32,000 bases of DNA from Nitrososphaerota archaeon (GCA_013378385.1 JACAFS010000001.1:11501-43500), one strand, 5' to 3'; shown: positions 1 through 9,341, counted from the stretch's first letter. Notes: a model not told the origin generated them from the sequence alone. Numbers and translations: made by a program.

Positions 1-1
1 C

Positions 2-334
2 CGTTCTAGTCAACATGGAATTGATCCAGATATCGTAGCACTGTGGAAAGACGCTGATGTAATCGAACGTCATTTTACTATACTTGATTCTTCACAAACA
101 AAAGACGGCCCTGTTTCTGTTAATCCTGAACAATTGAAAAATATTGTTGACTATTCAAAGTATAACCATGACGAATTGTTTAAACTCGTAGAAAATATAC
201 CTGACTATGATAAGATGTTGGGTTCAAAAACTCATTCTTTAAGTGAAGAAGAATTACTTAATCGAGATTATTATCGTGGGCGTTTTGCTTCTAAAATTAA
301 TGGAAAAACTATATACAATTGGGAAGAAAGATAA
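2..334 (+). CDS. 3' end of a CDS entering from the left window edge; hypothetical protein, function not recognised
   Basis: The frame of the 134..334 track ORF stays open with no stop back to nt 2 (RSSQHGIDPDIVALWKDADVIERHFTILDSSQTKDGPVSVNPEQ, then LKNIVDY...). The track start at 134 is a TTG, so this is probably the C-terminus of a longer protein. TAA at 332..334 lies 3 nt before the next ATG. Confidence 0.5.
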   Translation, partial: RSSQHGIDPDIVALWKDADVIERHFTILDSSQTKDGPVSVNPEQLKNIVDYSKYNHDELFKLVENIPDYDKMLGSKTHSLSEEELLNRDYYRGRFASKINGKTIYNWEER

Positions 335-337
335 TTC

Positions 338-2302
338 ATGGTTGATAAGCGCATTCTTGGTATTATTCCTGCTCGAGGAGGGTCAAAAACCATTCCTAGA
401 AAAAATATTAAAAATATCTTGAATCGTCCTCTTATATCTTATACAATTGTCGAAGCATTAAAATCAAAAACTCTGTCTAATCTTATTGTATCTTCAGAAG
501 ACGACGAAATTATTCGTATCTCTAAATCTTATGGCGCATCTGTTCCATTTATTCGTCCTGATTCATTGGCACAAGATGATTCATTAGCTATTGACGTTCT
601 TACTCATGCAATACTGGAACTCGAGAAAAAAGAAAATATTACTTATGATGCAGTAGTAATGCTACAACCTACCACTCCCTTACGTACCGCAGACGATATT
701 GATTATTGCATAACTAAATTGTTCGAATCTGATTATGATTCTGTTATTAGTGTTGTCGATGTTGGTGCCATACATCCTCATCGAATGAAAAAAATTGTTA
801 ACGATGAATTAGTAGATTATGCAGATGAAACTGTAGAAAATATGCCAAGACAATCTCTTCCTTCTGTGTATATAAGAAACGGAGCAATTTATGCTACTAA
901 ACGTGATATTCTCATAAATTCAAAATCACTCAAAGGAACTAAGAGTCATGCATATATTATGCCTCCTGAACGTTCACTAAATATCGATGAAAATCTTGAT
1001 CTCAGATTCACTGAACTACTAATGAAAGACTTTGATTGGTCACATATTAAAGAAATTAATTCTATTTCTGTACCTTGGAAATCTTGGTATGGTAATGAAT
1101 CATTAAATCTGACTTTTCCTGAATCTTGGAATATTAATATCTCTCAAATGAACGACGCATCAGCAATCTCTGACGAAGATATCTCGTCTTCAATTTCCAA
1201 TCCGATTAATTCAGAAAAATTATCTGTTCTTGCTAAACAAAAAAAATCTGTCTGTATTGCAGTTGATGATTTAACTAAACCTACTCAAGCCTTCAGAATT
1301 ATCCCTTTTATTTTAGACGAACTTCATCAGTCTGGCTTATCTGATGAAAATATCTATTTCATTATCAGTACAGGAACTCATAGATCTCTAACTCACGATG
1401 AATTGTGTAAGAAACTAGGAACAAAAATCGTTTCTAAATATAAAATATATTGCCATAGCGCTTATCAAAACAATAAATATCTAGGAGAAACATCTGCTGG
1501 CACTCCTGTATACATAGATAATTTATACCTTCAAGCAGATCTTAAAATTGGAATTGGGACTTTAATGCCACATCCATATGCTGGTTTTAGCGGTGGTGGA
1601 AAAATAGTATTACCTGGTCTTGCAGGCATCGAATCTATTGACGTAAATCATAAACCTGTCAATAAATCTCTTCAAGGTAAAATTGGACAAGTTGAAAACA
1701 ATAGCAGAAGAGCTGACATAGAAGAGGCAGCAAATATGGCTGGGTTGGATTTCATTGTTAACACTATTTCTAATTCTCTTGGCGATACTGCTTCTATATA
1801 TTCAGGAAATCCTGTCGATGTATTCTCCACTGCCTCAAAGAAAGCTATTGAAGTTTATTCCACAAAGGTTCCGTACAACATAGACATTGGAGTTTTCAAT
1901 GCTTTTCCTCGCGACACATGGTTCTTACTTGCATTAAATTCACTCAATGTATGGGGTTCTCGAGATTCAGATAAAGAAATTGTCAGAAAAGGCGGTACAA
2001 TTGTCGTAATCACATCTGCATCTGAAGGAATTGGCGAACATGGATTAGTAGGTAAAGGAATGATTCACCATATTCGTAGAGATAAACATGGAACATTTGG
2101 CGGTCCACTTCAAGGTCGAAATCTTATATTCTATTGTCCTACAATTAATCAAAATTATATCTACGATCATTATTCAGAGGAAGTTAAAATTTTCAATAAC
2201 TGGGATTTACTCATTCGTGAATTACAAAAACAGCATGGAAATGACACTGACGCAGTAGTATTTCCTAATAGTTCTCTACAAATTGATTCAAATCTGGTTT
2301 AA
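338..2302 (+). CDS. Two-domain fusion protein: N-terminal NeuA/acylneuraminate-type cytidylyltransferase (CMP-sugar-acid synthetase family) plus a C-terminal complete LarA-like (DUF2088) nickel-pincer-cofactor racemase/epimerase domain
   Basis: Residues 1-235 carry ILGIIPARGGSKTIPRKNI, MLQPTTPLR and RQSLPSVYIRNGAIYA, the CMP-NeuAc/Pse/Leg synthetase motifs. Residues ~243-654 align end to end with lactate racemase LarA: NPINSEKL, DDLTKP (LarA DHTRP), STGTHR, MPHPYAGFSGGGKIVLPG, DVNH. ATG at 338, TAA at 2300..2302, and no stop or frame change between the domains. Confidence 0.85.
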   Translation: MVDKRILGIIPARGGSKTIPRKNIKNILNRPLISYTIVEALKSKTLSNLIVSSEDDEIIRISKSYGASVPFIRPDSLAQDDSLAIDVLTHAILELEKKENITYDAVVMLQPTTPLRTADDIDYCITKLFESDYDSVISVVDVGAIHPHRMKKIVNDELVDYADETVENMPRQSLPSVYIRNGAIYATKRDILINSKSLKGTKSHAYIMPPERSLNIDENLDLRFTELLMKDFDWSHIKEINSISVPWKSWYGNESLNLTFPESWNINISQMNDASAISDEDISSSISNPINSEKLSVLAKQKKSVCIAVDDLTKPTQAFRIIPFILDELHQSGLSDENIYFIISTGTHRSLTHDELCKKLGTKIVSKYKIYCHSAYQNNKYLGETSAGTPVYIDNLYLQADLKIGIGTLMPHPYAGFSGGGKIVLPGLAGIESIDVNHKPVNKSLQGKIGQVENNSRRADIEEAANMAGLDFIVNTISNSLGDTASIYSGNPVDVFSTASKKAIEVYSTKVPYNIDIGVFNAFPRDTWFLLALNSLNVWGSRDSDKEIVRKGGTIVVITSASEGIGEHGLVGKGMIHHIRRDKHGTFGGPLQGRNLIFYCPTINQNYIYDHYSEEVKIFNNWDLLIRELQKQHGNDTDAVVFPNSSLQIDSNLV

Positions 2303-3417
2303 CTAATTTGTATCTGCCCTAAATTTTCCTTAATCTTTCTCATAAATGCATCCCAACTAAATTCCTCCACTGCTCTGTTTCTCGCTGACATGCCCATTTT
2401 CATTCTCTTTTGATTATTTTCTAGCAGATCAAATATCTTATTCTCCCATTGATCTAAATCATCTTGTAACAAGTATCCCGTTATATCGTTAATTATAGTT
2501 TCTTTTGGCCCGCCTGTATTGAATGCAATTACCGGTTTTCCACATGCCATTGCTTCAATTGGCGCAATTCCGAAGTGTTCTTCTTTGGGCGTATATAAAA
2601 ATACACTACAATTCTTATATGAGTTCACTAATTCTGAATCTGTTACATCTGTATGAATCTCTACATTATCGATTAAATCTAATTCTTTAATTTTCTTATT
2701 TAATTCATCTAAATGCCATTCAAATCCTGGTTGTTTTACTCCGATAATGATTAATTTTATTTTGTTATTTCTTCTCTTCATCTTTTTAATTAATTCTATT
2801 GAGAATGTAAGATTCTTATTTGGAACAATTCTATTTACTGTCAGAATATATTTATTATCTGTTTCATTTAGTGTGAATTTATTTATATCAACTCCTGGAA
2901 AGATAATTGTACTATTTCTGTTAAATTTCTCATGTATTGCACTTTTTGTAAAATCAGAATTGCATAATATTGAATTTGTTTCTTTGAATCCTTTATTCTC
3001 TTCTCGATCTATTGGAAAATGTAATAATCTTCTGATTAAATCACTTTTTTTAACTAATAATTGTTCTGGATGATGACAATATATCATTGATGGTTTGTAT
3101 TTGTCTGCCAGATAGTAATTCGAACTAAACACAAATAAATCAGGTTTAAATTTATCAATTCCAGCTTTCATCATCTCCTTACTTTCTCGGTATGCAGTTA
3201 TTGCTCTAAATCTTCCAAAATAATCTAGTTTTCCATTACTAACTATGACATTTTCTTTTCTAAAATCTTCAAAAGCCTTTTCTTCATCGTAAATAGCAGT
3301 AAAATAAGCAACTTCATGACCTAGTTTCTTTAATGAATCTCCCATTCCTAGCACTAATCTTTGCGCACCAGTCTGCATAGATATATCATAATGTATTATT
3401 GCTATTTTCATAATCAT
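2299..3417 (-). CDS. Glycosyltransferase, GT4 family (GT-B fold)
   Basis: C-terminal EX7E-type motif PKEEHFGIAPIEAMACGKPVIAFNTGGPKETI and PGVDINKF. 372 aa, a typical GT4 length. 4-nt overlap with the upstream gene, and its stop overlaps the stop of the convergent 338..2302 gene. Confidence 0.85.
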   Translation of the reverse strand: MIMKIAIIHYDISMQTGAQRLVLGMGDSLKKLGHEVAYFTAIYDEEKAFEDFRKENVIVSNGKLDYFGRFRAITAYRESKEMMKAGIDKFKPDLFVFSSNYYLADKYKPSMIYCHHPEQLLVKKSDLIRRLLHFPIDREENKGFKETNSILCNSDFTKSAIHEKFNRNSTIIFPGVDINKFTLNETDNKYILTVNRIVPNKNLTFSIELIKKMKRRNNKIKLIIIGVKQPGFEWHLDELNKKIKELDLIDNVEIHTDVTDSELVNSYKNCSVFLYTPKEEHFGIAPIEAMACGKPVIAFNTGGPKETIINDITGYLLQDDLDQWENKIFDLLENNQKRMKMGMSARNRAVEEFSWDAFMRKIKENLGQIQIS

Positions 3418-4316
3418 TCTACTTGTTTTCTATATATGTTTAATAGTTTCTCAATTACTTTCTTCCTGTCATGATTATCAATTATGAATTGCCTATTCTC
3501 TTTTGATTCCTTTTTTCTTTCAATTTCATCTAACAATTCAATTACTCGCTCATTTACATTTTCTTTATGTCTGTAATCTATAGTTACCAGACCACAGGCC
3601 ATGGCTTCTAAACATGTTTTACTGTATGACGATACTCCTTTCGTAAATATTCTATCAATATATATATCATATTCCTTCAAATTTTCATGCAATTCTAGAT
3701 ATGAAAATGGTCTTCTGTCATGTATGTCTACTTTAATGCCATTCTTTTCCATAAGTTCAATTAAATACTTTGGCACTCTTTCATACCATGAATTAAATCC
3801 AATTGCTTTTAATTGAGCATTTTGTTTTACCTTCGGACAAAATCTAGTTGTATCTATTGGATTAGGTAAATACTCTGCATCTTGTCTAATTGTTTTTGCT
3901 AATTTCAACATTTCTGGCGTTGATACAATCACTGAATTCGCATATTTCAAATTTCCTTCAATAATTTTACTCCATCTTGTTAAGTCTTTACTATTTTTTT
4001 TAAACTCTTCATCATACAATCCAAATAAATCTGTTCCATGACAATGCAATACATTAATTTCTTTCTTAATTAATCGTACAAAAAATGCATCTTGTAATGC
4101 ATAATTCACGTGTATTATTCCTTTCGCTTTAATCGCATTTACAAAAGGATTTATGATTTTCCCATACACTGAGTATAGTGCATTCGTATTTACATTTGGA
4201 CCTGCATAATTTCTCGGTAAATATTTAACATCCATATTTACCTCTCTGAGTCCATTTGCTAATTCATAACCTACCCAAGCTGCATCATTCAGAATTGTTA
4301 CTTGATTGTTGTTCAA
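3414..4316 (-). CDS. Glycosyltransferase-like protein (divergent, short GT4-like)
   Basis: LPNPIDTTRF (GT4 NGVD..F-like) and SKTCLEAMACGLVTI (LEAMA.G motif). Translationally coupled to the downstream GT4 by a 4-nt overlap. Confidence 0.6.
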   Translation of the reverse strand: MNNNQVTILNDAAWVGYELANGLREVNMDVKYLPRNYAGPNVNTNALYSVYGKIINPFVNAIKAKGIIHVNYALQDAFFVRLIKKEINVLHCHGTDLFGLYDEEFKKNSKDLTRWSKIIEGNLKYANSVIVSTPEMLKLAKTIRQDAEYLPNPIDTTRFCPKVKQNAQLKAIGFNSWYERVPKYLIELMEKNGIKVDIHDRRPFSYLELHENLKEYDIYIDRIFTKGVSSYSKTCLEAMACGLVTIDYRHKENVNERVIELLDEIERKKESKENRQFIIDNHDRKKVIEKLLNIYRKQVE

Positions 4317-4368
4317 TATAGATTATTTACAGATATTCTTTATAACATCTACCAATATTGCTGTTTGT

Positions 4369-5343
4369 TTATTCTAATAATTTTTTAAACCATGAAATTG
4401 TTATGTCTAAACCTTTATCGATACTATATGTTGGTTTCCATTTTAACAATTTCTCTGTTTTACTACAGTCAGCTTCTAATCTTTCTAAATCTGCCGCCCT
4501 TTCTGATTCATAAACTAGTTCAGACGAAGACCCTGATATGTCCCTAATCTTCTTTGCAAGATCTAATATGCTTGTTTGAATACCTGTTCCTATATTGAAT
4601 ACTTCTCCTTGTGTTTTTTCCCTTTCTTTCATTACTCTTACATATGCTTCTACTGCGTCTTTTACATACATCAAATCTCTAGTTTGTTTCCCATTTCCAT
4701 GAATCTTGATATTCTCATTTTTTATCGCTCTAGTTGCAAATTCTGGCACTACTGCTGCATATCCTCTATATGAATTACTCTGATTTTCACCATACGTATT
4801 GAAATTTCTAATTACTGAAACTGGATATTTATACCATTCATGTAATACCATGCATTGTTTTTCTGCAGCCAATTTTGTTGCCGCATAAAAACTTCTAGGA
4901 CGACAAGGATGATCCGTATCCATTGGAGTATATACAGGATTGCCATATACTTCTGGCGAAGATGCATAAATTAGAAATGGTTTACTTTTAGTTTTTAATA
5001 ATTCTTGACATAGACTAAACGTTCCTTTTTCATTTGATTCAAAATATTCCATTGGCTTCTGCATTGATTCTGGAATTGATACTAATGCGGCCAGATGAAT
5101 TATCGTGTCAATTCCTGCTTCGTCAATTTTTTCCGATTTTAAATCTCTGTAGTCCATCTCCCAATTTACAAACCTCTCATTAAACTTCTCTTTGTCTTCA
5201 ATTATATCAAACGGATCTACTGGAAAATCTTCTAATCTATGTAGATTGTCTACTCCATATATTTCTGCATCGGTTTCCTTTAATAATAAATCAATTAAAT
5301 GCGAACCATAAAAACCTGAAGAACCTGTAACTAATATTTTCAT
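4369..5343 (-). CDS. NAD-dependent nucleotide-sugar epimerase/dehydratase (extended SDR)
   Basis: ILVTGSSGFYGSHL (TGxxGxxG Rossmann motif), SSPEVYG, YAATKLAAE (YxxxK catalytic motif), GNGKQTRDLMYVKD. Substrate cannot be assigned from sequence alone. Confidence 0.85.
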   Translation of the reverse strand: MKILVTGSSGFYGSHLIDLLLKETDAEIYGVDNLHRLEDFPVDPFDIIEDKEKFNERFVNWEMDYRDLKSEKIDEAGIDTIIHLAALVSIPESMQKPMEYFESNEKGTFSLCQELLKTKSKPFLIYASSPEVYGNPVYTPMDTDHPCRPRSFYAATKLAAEKQCMVLHEWYKYPVSVIRNFNTYGENQSNSYRGYAAVVPEFATRAIKNENIKIHGNGKQTRDLMYVKDAVEAYVRVMKEREKTQGEVFNIGTGIQTSILDLAKKIRDISGSSSELVYESERAADLERLEADCSKTEKLLKWKPTYSIDKGLDITISWFKKLLE

Positions 5344-5385
5344 TTTATTACTCTACTTCTTCATACATAATAAATTCTTTTCTAA

Positions 5386-6084
5386 TTAAATTATCAATCT
5401 GTGACATTCATATGCTTCAGCATATTTTACACCTATCTCGGTACCTCTAAGCTCTGCTATATTCTCAATTACTCTTGGTGTTCTGGGATGGTTCTTACTT
5501 CTTACTTGAGACGAATACAAAGATAATGCCTTGATTTTCTTTTTTAATTCTTTTGATATATCAACATAAAAATTAGGATGAAATCTTTTTCTAGTCCAAT
5601 TTGTTTCAGGTTGTTCATACGATAATACCATATTTGTAATATCTTTCTCATTATTTCTAACAGGCCTACATGCTGTAAAACTAGCTTTGGCAACAGCAAC
5701 ATGATCCTGATTTGTTGAACCTATAAAAGGAATTGCCACTATGTCTGGTTTTACTGTTGATAATGAAACCTCACCTTTCTCAATAGTGTTTATCAAATTC
5801 TTTTGTGGAACTTTGTCGAGTTTAAGGTGATATTCGTCACCTGCCCATGCTAAATCAAATGAATCTACCTTCAGATATCTCATTACTTTATTCATTTCTA
5901 GTATTCTTTTCTCGGAGTTACTGGTTCCTCCATATTGTTTGATATTTCCCACTGTAAAACATAAAACATGAACTTCTCCACCCCCTGCTTTAACCTTTGA
6001 AATTAAACCTCCACATCCAAGGACTTCATCATCAGGATGAGGGGCAATAACTAATAATTTCTTGTTCTTGTAATTTATTGTCAT
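5386..6084 (-). CDS. PIG-L/LmbE family N-acetyl-sugar deacetylase
   Basis: LLVIAPHPDDEVLGCGGLI is the PIG-L signature (AHPDDE), followed by a downstream NQDH motif. 4-nt overlap with the upstream methyltransferase gene. Confidence 0.85.
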   Translation of the reverse strand: MTINYKNKKLLVIAPHPDDEVLGCGGLISKVKAGGGEVHVLCFTVGNIKQYGGTSNSEKRILEMNKVMRYLKVDSFDLAWAGDEYHLKLDKVPQKNLINTIEKGEVSLSTVKPDIVAIPFIGSTNQDHVAVAKASFTACRPVRNNEKDITNMVLSYEQPETNWTRKRFHPNFYVDISKELKKKIKALSLYSSQVRSKNHPRTPRVIENIAELRGTEIGVKYAEAYECHRLII

Positions 6085-6839
6085 TTCCTAGCTGATATTC
6101 CCATTACTACTTTTTTTGTTATAAACTTATTTTCTTTTACGAATATGTCTTCGATTACTTTCTCAAATTTATTCTGTTCTTCCTTTTCAAATAACGTATA
6201 AGATTTCCAGTATCTTAATAATTCATCTTTACTAGGAAATGTGACAGGATTCTCAAAAATATCTATTTTTACTTCTCCAAATAATGTTTCAAAATATGGC
6301 AAAGCTTTTGACTCCATAAAATTATTGTGCATATTATATTCTTCAGGAAGCTTTTCAAAAGTTTCATGTATGTCGGTTAATTCTTTGTTATTTCTCTTGA
6401 TTGGCCCACAAACAAAACATTTACCTCCTTCTTTTAACTTATCATATATGTCATTAATTGTTTTTTTATAATTTTTTGAATAATATAAACCAAAACAACA
6501 CAAAATTAAGTCGAATTGAGCATTTTTGAATTCACTATCTATATATTCCATACTTCCATTTTTTAAAAATACTTTCTCTCTTTCTACATTTGATTCAATT
6601 TCATTTAGAAGATCTTTTGATATGTCTAATCCCGTGACTGATCCATTTTCATTAATTGCTTCACTTATTGGAATTAGTTGTTTTCCATTTCCACATGCTA
6701 TGTCTAATACTTGGTCATCTTCTTTAATCTCTAATTTCGGAATTATCCAGTCATTTATTTCGAATTTCGCATAATTTGCATGTGCAGCTAGCCTATTATT
6801 CAATGCATTGCTGGAATTTTGCGCTCTTACCAATTTCAA
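6081..6839 (-). CDS. Class I SAM-dependent methyltransferase
   Basis: Motif I VLDIACGNGKQ, followed by GLDIS and DLILCCFGLYY (post-I/II motifs). Start is a TTG and therefore uncertain. Confidence 0.8.
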   Translation of the reverse strand: MKLVRAQNSSNALNNRLAAHANYAKFEINDWIIPKLEIKEDDQVLDIACGNGKQLIPISEAINENGSVTGLDISKDLLNEIESNVEREKVFLKNGSMEYIDSEFKNAQFDLILCCFGLYYSKNYKKTINDIYDKLKEGGKCFVCGPIKRNNKELTDIHETFEKLPEEYNMHNNFMESKALPYFETLFGEVKIDIFENPVTFPSKDELLRYWKSYTLFEKEEQNKFEKVIEDIFVKENKFITKKVVMGISARK

Positions 6840-6873
6840 TCACTTTGCTTATAATTTCTTATAAATTAAACCA

Positions 6874-8457
6874 TTACTCTATTGTGTACTTAATTTTCTT
6901 AATTATTTTAGATTTATCAGCATCTATTATATATTTTCCAAGCCGTGGACCTTTATTGCTACCTAGAAGTATCTGGTATATCAGTTGAAATAATACCCTG
7001 GGTTTCATATCATTTGATTTTGCTATCTCAAATATTTCACTTTGAATAACATCAGGATCGGAATTCTTCTCTAATAACGTAACAATTTCTGATAATGGTT
7101 TCTTATGTTCGTCTAACACTTCCACATTTCCAATCGTATCCGTTTTAAAATCTCGCGCCCAATTTATTCCTAATTTAATCCTATGTAATATATTATCATC
7201 AATTTCCTTCACATACTGATATTCGACCAGTTTCTTTGATATATACTCGATAGAATTATCTTCAGGGGCTATTTCCGCTAATTCTACTAATAGTCTATAC
7301 GGAAGGTGAATTGATTCTTTTTCTGGTGGGTTTAAATGATTGACATATTCATATAATCCCTTCATTCTAATTGTCTTGTCTTTATTCTCGGACATAGTCT
7401 TATTGAAATATATATCCTCTACTACGTCCACTTCATCCATGTATGTTGGAATATCTTCTACTGATAATGATCTTGCTCCTGAAATTCTTTTGAACATTAA
7501 TAATAACAACGATGAAGGAGTTCCATACTCGAGCCATTTTTGTGGTGTTAAAACATTTCCTATTGATTTAGATATCTTCTTACCTGATTTATCTAAAAAC
7601 ATCTCATATCTGATATGAAATGGATGAACGTGATTGAGAATATTCCCTGATATCCAATCATTAATCTTTACAGAATCTTCTATATCTTTTCCATAAGCTT
7701 CAAATCTTATGTCCAGAGCAGACCATCTTGCAGCAAATTCAACTTTCCAACCTAGCTTTCCCTTTCCTTCTGATAACTTTGTTTCACCATCATGGCCACA
7801 ACCTTTGATTAAATTTCCTCCAATTTCAACGTCATTACATCTATAATGTATTATGTCTCTCTCATTGTCGAATTCAGTCGGAACTGTCACATATATCTTA
7901 TTACAATTACCACATATTGGATAATACGGTAATAATTTTTCAAATTTTGTTTGTCCAGTTATTTCTGCTATTTTCTTTCCAATTATCTCTGAATTTTTTA
8001 GTATCTTACTTGTCTGGTTTCTCAATATCCCCTCTTTGTAAATTTTTGTTGCACTCTTAAAATCATAATCAATATTTAATTTGTCTAATCCGTCAAGTAA
8101 CAAAGAACTCATATGTTGACCATAGGATGTATGACATCCAAATGGATCGTCAATTGATGATACGGGTTTCCCTAGCTCTTCTTGAAGTCTATCTGGAAAA
8201 CCCTCTGGAACTTTTCTAAGACCATCCATGTCATCTGAATACGCTATCAGTTTTGATTTATACCCGTTGTCTTCTAGTGCAATTTTTACTCCATATGCTC
8301 GTACTGCATCCCCTAAACTTCCTATATGAGGAATTCCTGATGCTCCTAGTCCACTTTCAACATTAATTATTTCTGTAGAACGTTCTAGTTGAACTTCTCT
8401 CTTTATAATATCATTAGTTAATTTATCTATCCAGGTCCCTCTTCCTATAGTGCTCAA
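6874..8457 (-). CDS. lysS: Lysyl-tRNA synthetase, class I (archaeal type)
   Basis: SGIPHIGSLGDAVRA (HIGH-type motif of class I LysRS) and GKKISKSIGN (KMSKS-type). 527 aa, typical length. TTG start at 8457. Confidence 0.9.
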   Translation of the reverse strand: MSTIGRGTWIDKLTNDIIKREVQLERSTEIINVESGLGASGIPHIGSLGDAVRAYGVKIALEDNGYKSKLIAYSDDMDGLRKVPEGFPDRLQEELGKPVSSIDDPFGCHTSYGQHMSSLLLDGLDKLNIDYDFKSATKIYKEGILRNQTSKILKNSEIIGKKIAEITGQTKFEKLLPYYPICGNCNKIYVTVPTEFDNERDIIHYRCNDVEIGGNLIKGCGHDGETKLSEGKGKLGWKVEFAARWSALDIRFEAYGKDIEDSVKINDWISGNILNHVHPFHIRYEMFLDKSGKKISKSIGNVLTPQKWLEYGTPSSLLLLMFKRISGARSLSVEDIPTYMDEVDVVEDIYFNKTMSENKDKTIRMKGLYEYVNHLNPPEKESIHLPYRLLVELAEIAPEDNSIEYISKKLVEYQYVKEIDDNILHRIKLGINWARDFKTDTIGNVEVLDEHKKPLSEIVTLLEKNSDPDVIQSEIFEIAKSNDMKPRVLFQLIYQILLGSNKGPRLGKYIIDADKSKIIKKIKYTIE

Positions 8458-8467
8458 TTCTTAATCA

Positions 8468-9052
8468 TTATTCCTTTCTTTTTTGTATTTTCTTATTTAC
8501 TTTTTTTTCCTCTTTTTTACTAGCTCCGATATAAAATACCAGTAATCCAATTATGACTAAAATATTTGCAATACCACTGTAACTTGATTCAAGTCTTATT
8601 GATATTGAATTCTCTACAGTCTCCTCTGTGTTATGATTCCAAACAACAACTGTTACTTTTTCCATTCCTGGATCTAACATTCTTTTGAATGTTCCTGCCA
8701 ATTCTAGTTTCTCAACTATTGGTTCCCAATCATCACAAATTTCACCTCCCTCTCTTGATCCTCCACATCTCTTGAAAATATCGTAATTCTCCTCATCAAA
8801 TACATACAAATCTATGACATCTCCCCTTGTCTCAATTCCATCTCTAACTTCTGGCCCTTGGTTGTTATTTGTTAATTCAAGTCGATAATTGGCCATGGGC
8901 AGAGGAAGTGTTTGTACATCTGCATAGTATGTTATGAAAGAATTAACTGGGATTACGTCAAATTCTGATAATACTGTTACTGAGCTCAAAGAAAACACAT
9001 ATGCCCCGAATATTGCTATAACCACGCCAATTACTAAGATCTGTTTATTCAT
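8468..9052 (-). CDS. Hypothetical membrane protein: N- and C-terminal TM helices flanking a probable extracytoplasmic domain, with a Lys-rich tail
   Basis: Hydrophobic segments ILVIGVVIAIFGAYVFSL and ANILVIIGLLVFYIGA, then tail SKKEEKKVNKKIQKRKE. Ends 10 nt upstream of lysS on the same strand. No family recognised. Confidence 0.55.
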   Translation of the reverse strand: MNKQILVIGVVIAIFGAYVFSLSSVTVLSEFDVIPVNSFITYYADVQTLPLPMANYRLELTNNNQGPEVRDGIETRGDVIDLYVFDEENYDIFKRCGGSREGGEICDDWEPIVEKLELAGTFKRMLDPGMEKVTVVVWNHNTEETVENSISIRLESSYSGIANILVIIGLLVFYIGASKKEEKKVNKKIQKRKE

Positions 9053-9128
9053 TCTTTACATCTTCTCAATTATAAAAATAGATTAATAAAATATACGCTA
9101 CACTCTCAGAATTGATAAATATGTTCGT

Positions 9129-9308
9129 TTATCGGTTACGAACGACTTTATCCCATTTTTGACCAACAGTTCTATTGAGTATGATTCTTGTTTTGAACGA
9201 TCTCTTTGATTTTACTCTAGGATTCCTACTTGTTCTTACTTTACCTTCGACTTTAGGTGTTTGACCTCTAACTTTACCTGCTTTTGTCAATGAACCGTGA
9301 GTTGGCAT
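9129..9308 (-). CDS. rps30e: 30S ribosomal protein S30e
   Basis: HGSLTKAGKVRGQTPKVEGK... is the S30e signature. The track start (9314) is a TTG, and the ATG two codons in (9308) gives MPTHGSLTKAGKVRGQTPKV. A TATA-like box lies ~26 nt upstream of that ATG. Confidence 0.85.
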   Translation of the reverse strand: MPTHGSLTKAGKVRGQTPKVEGKVRTSRNPRVKSKRSFKTRIILNRTVGQKWDKVVRNR

Positions 9309-9327
9309 ATCCAATCATAGTTATTCG

Positions 9328-9341
9328 ACATTTAAAAATGT
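9328..9341. promoter_or_regulatory. TATA-like quasi-palindrome ACATTTaaAAATGT between the divergent S30e and nop5 genes
   Basis: Centred ~26 nt upstream of the S30e ATG (9308) and ~50 nt upstream of the nop5 TTG (9384). It is the only strong A/T box in the 69-nt spacer. Confidence 0.3.

Noticed and set aside
134-334. Stand-alone 66-aa gene starting at TTG 134
   Set aside because: The frame is open all the way to the window edge, so this is better explained as the tail of a truncated upstream gene.
2747-3073. 108-aa + strand ORF inside the GT4 glycosyltransferase gene. The same applies to the other embedded antisense ORFs: 3601..3816, 4576..4773, 6241..6471, 6526..6774, 6776..6988, 7340..7618, 9740..9940, 10145..10474, 10311..10565, 10665..10967, 11796..12035, 12241..12438, 12991..13299, 14756..14965, 15368..15613, 15610..15897, 16018..16248, 17675..17929, 19928..20143, 20602..20811, 21455..21661, 24721..24966, 25177..25383, 26470..26664, 26950..27135, 27462..27803, 29421..29615, 29763..29996, 31132..31338, 31594..31890.
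   Set aside because: Each lies wholly or mostly within a CDS that has clear family motifs, either on the opposite strand or (24721..24966 within lysY) on the same strand in another frame. Their translations are low-complexity (F/L/I/S-rich) with no recognisable motifs, as expected for out-of-frame or antisense reading of real genes.
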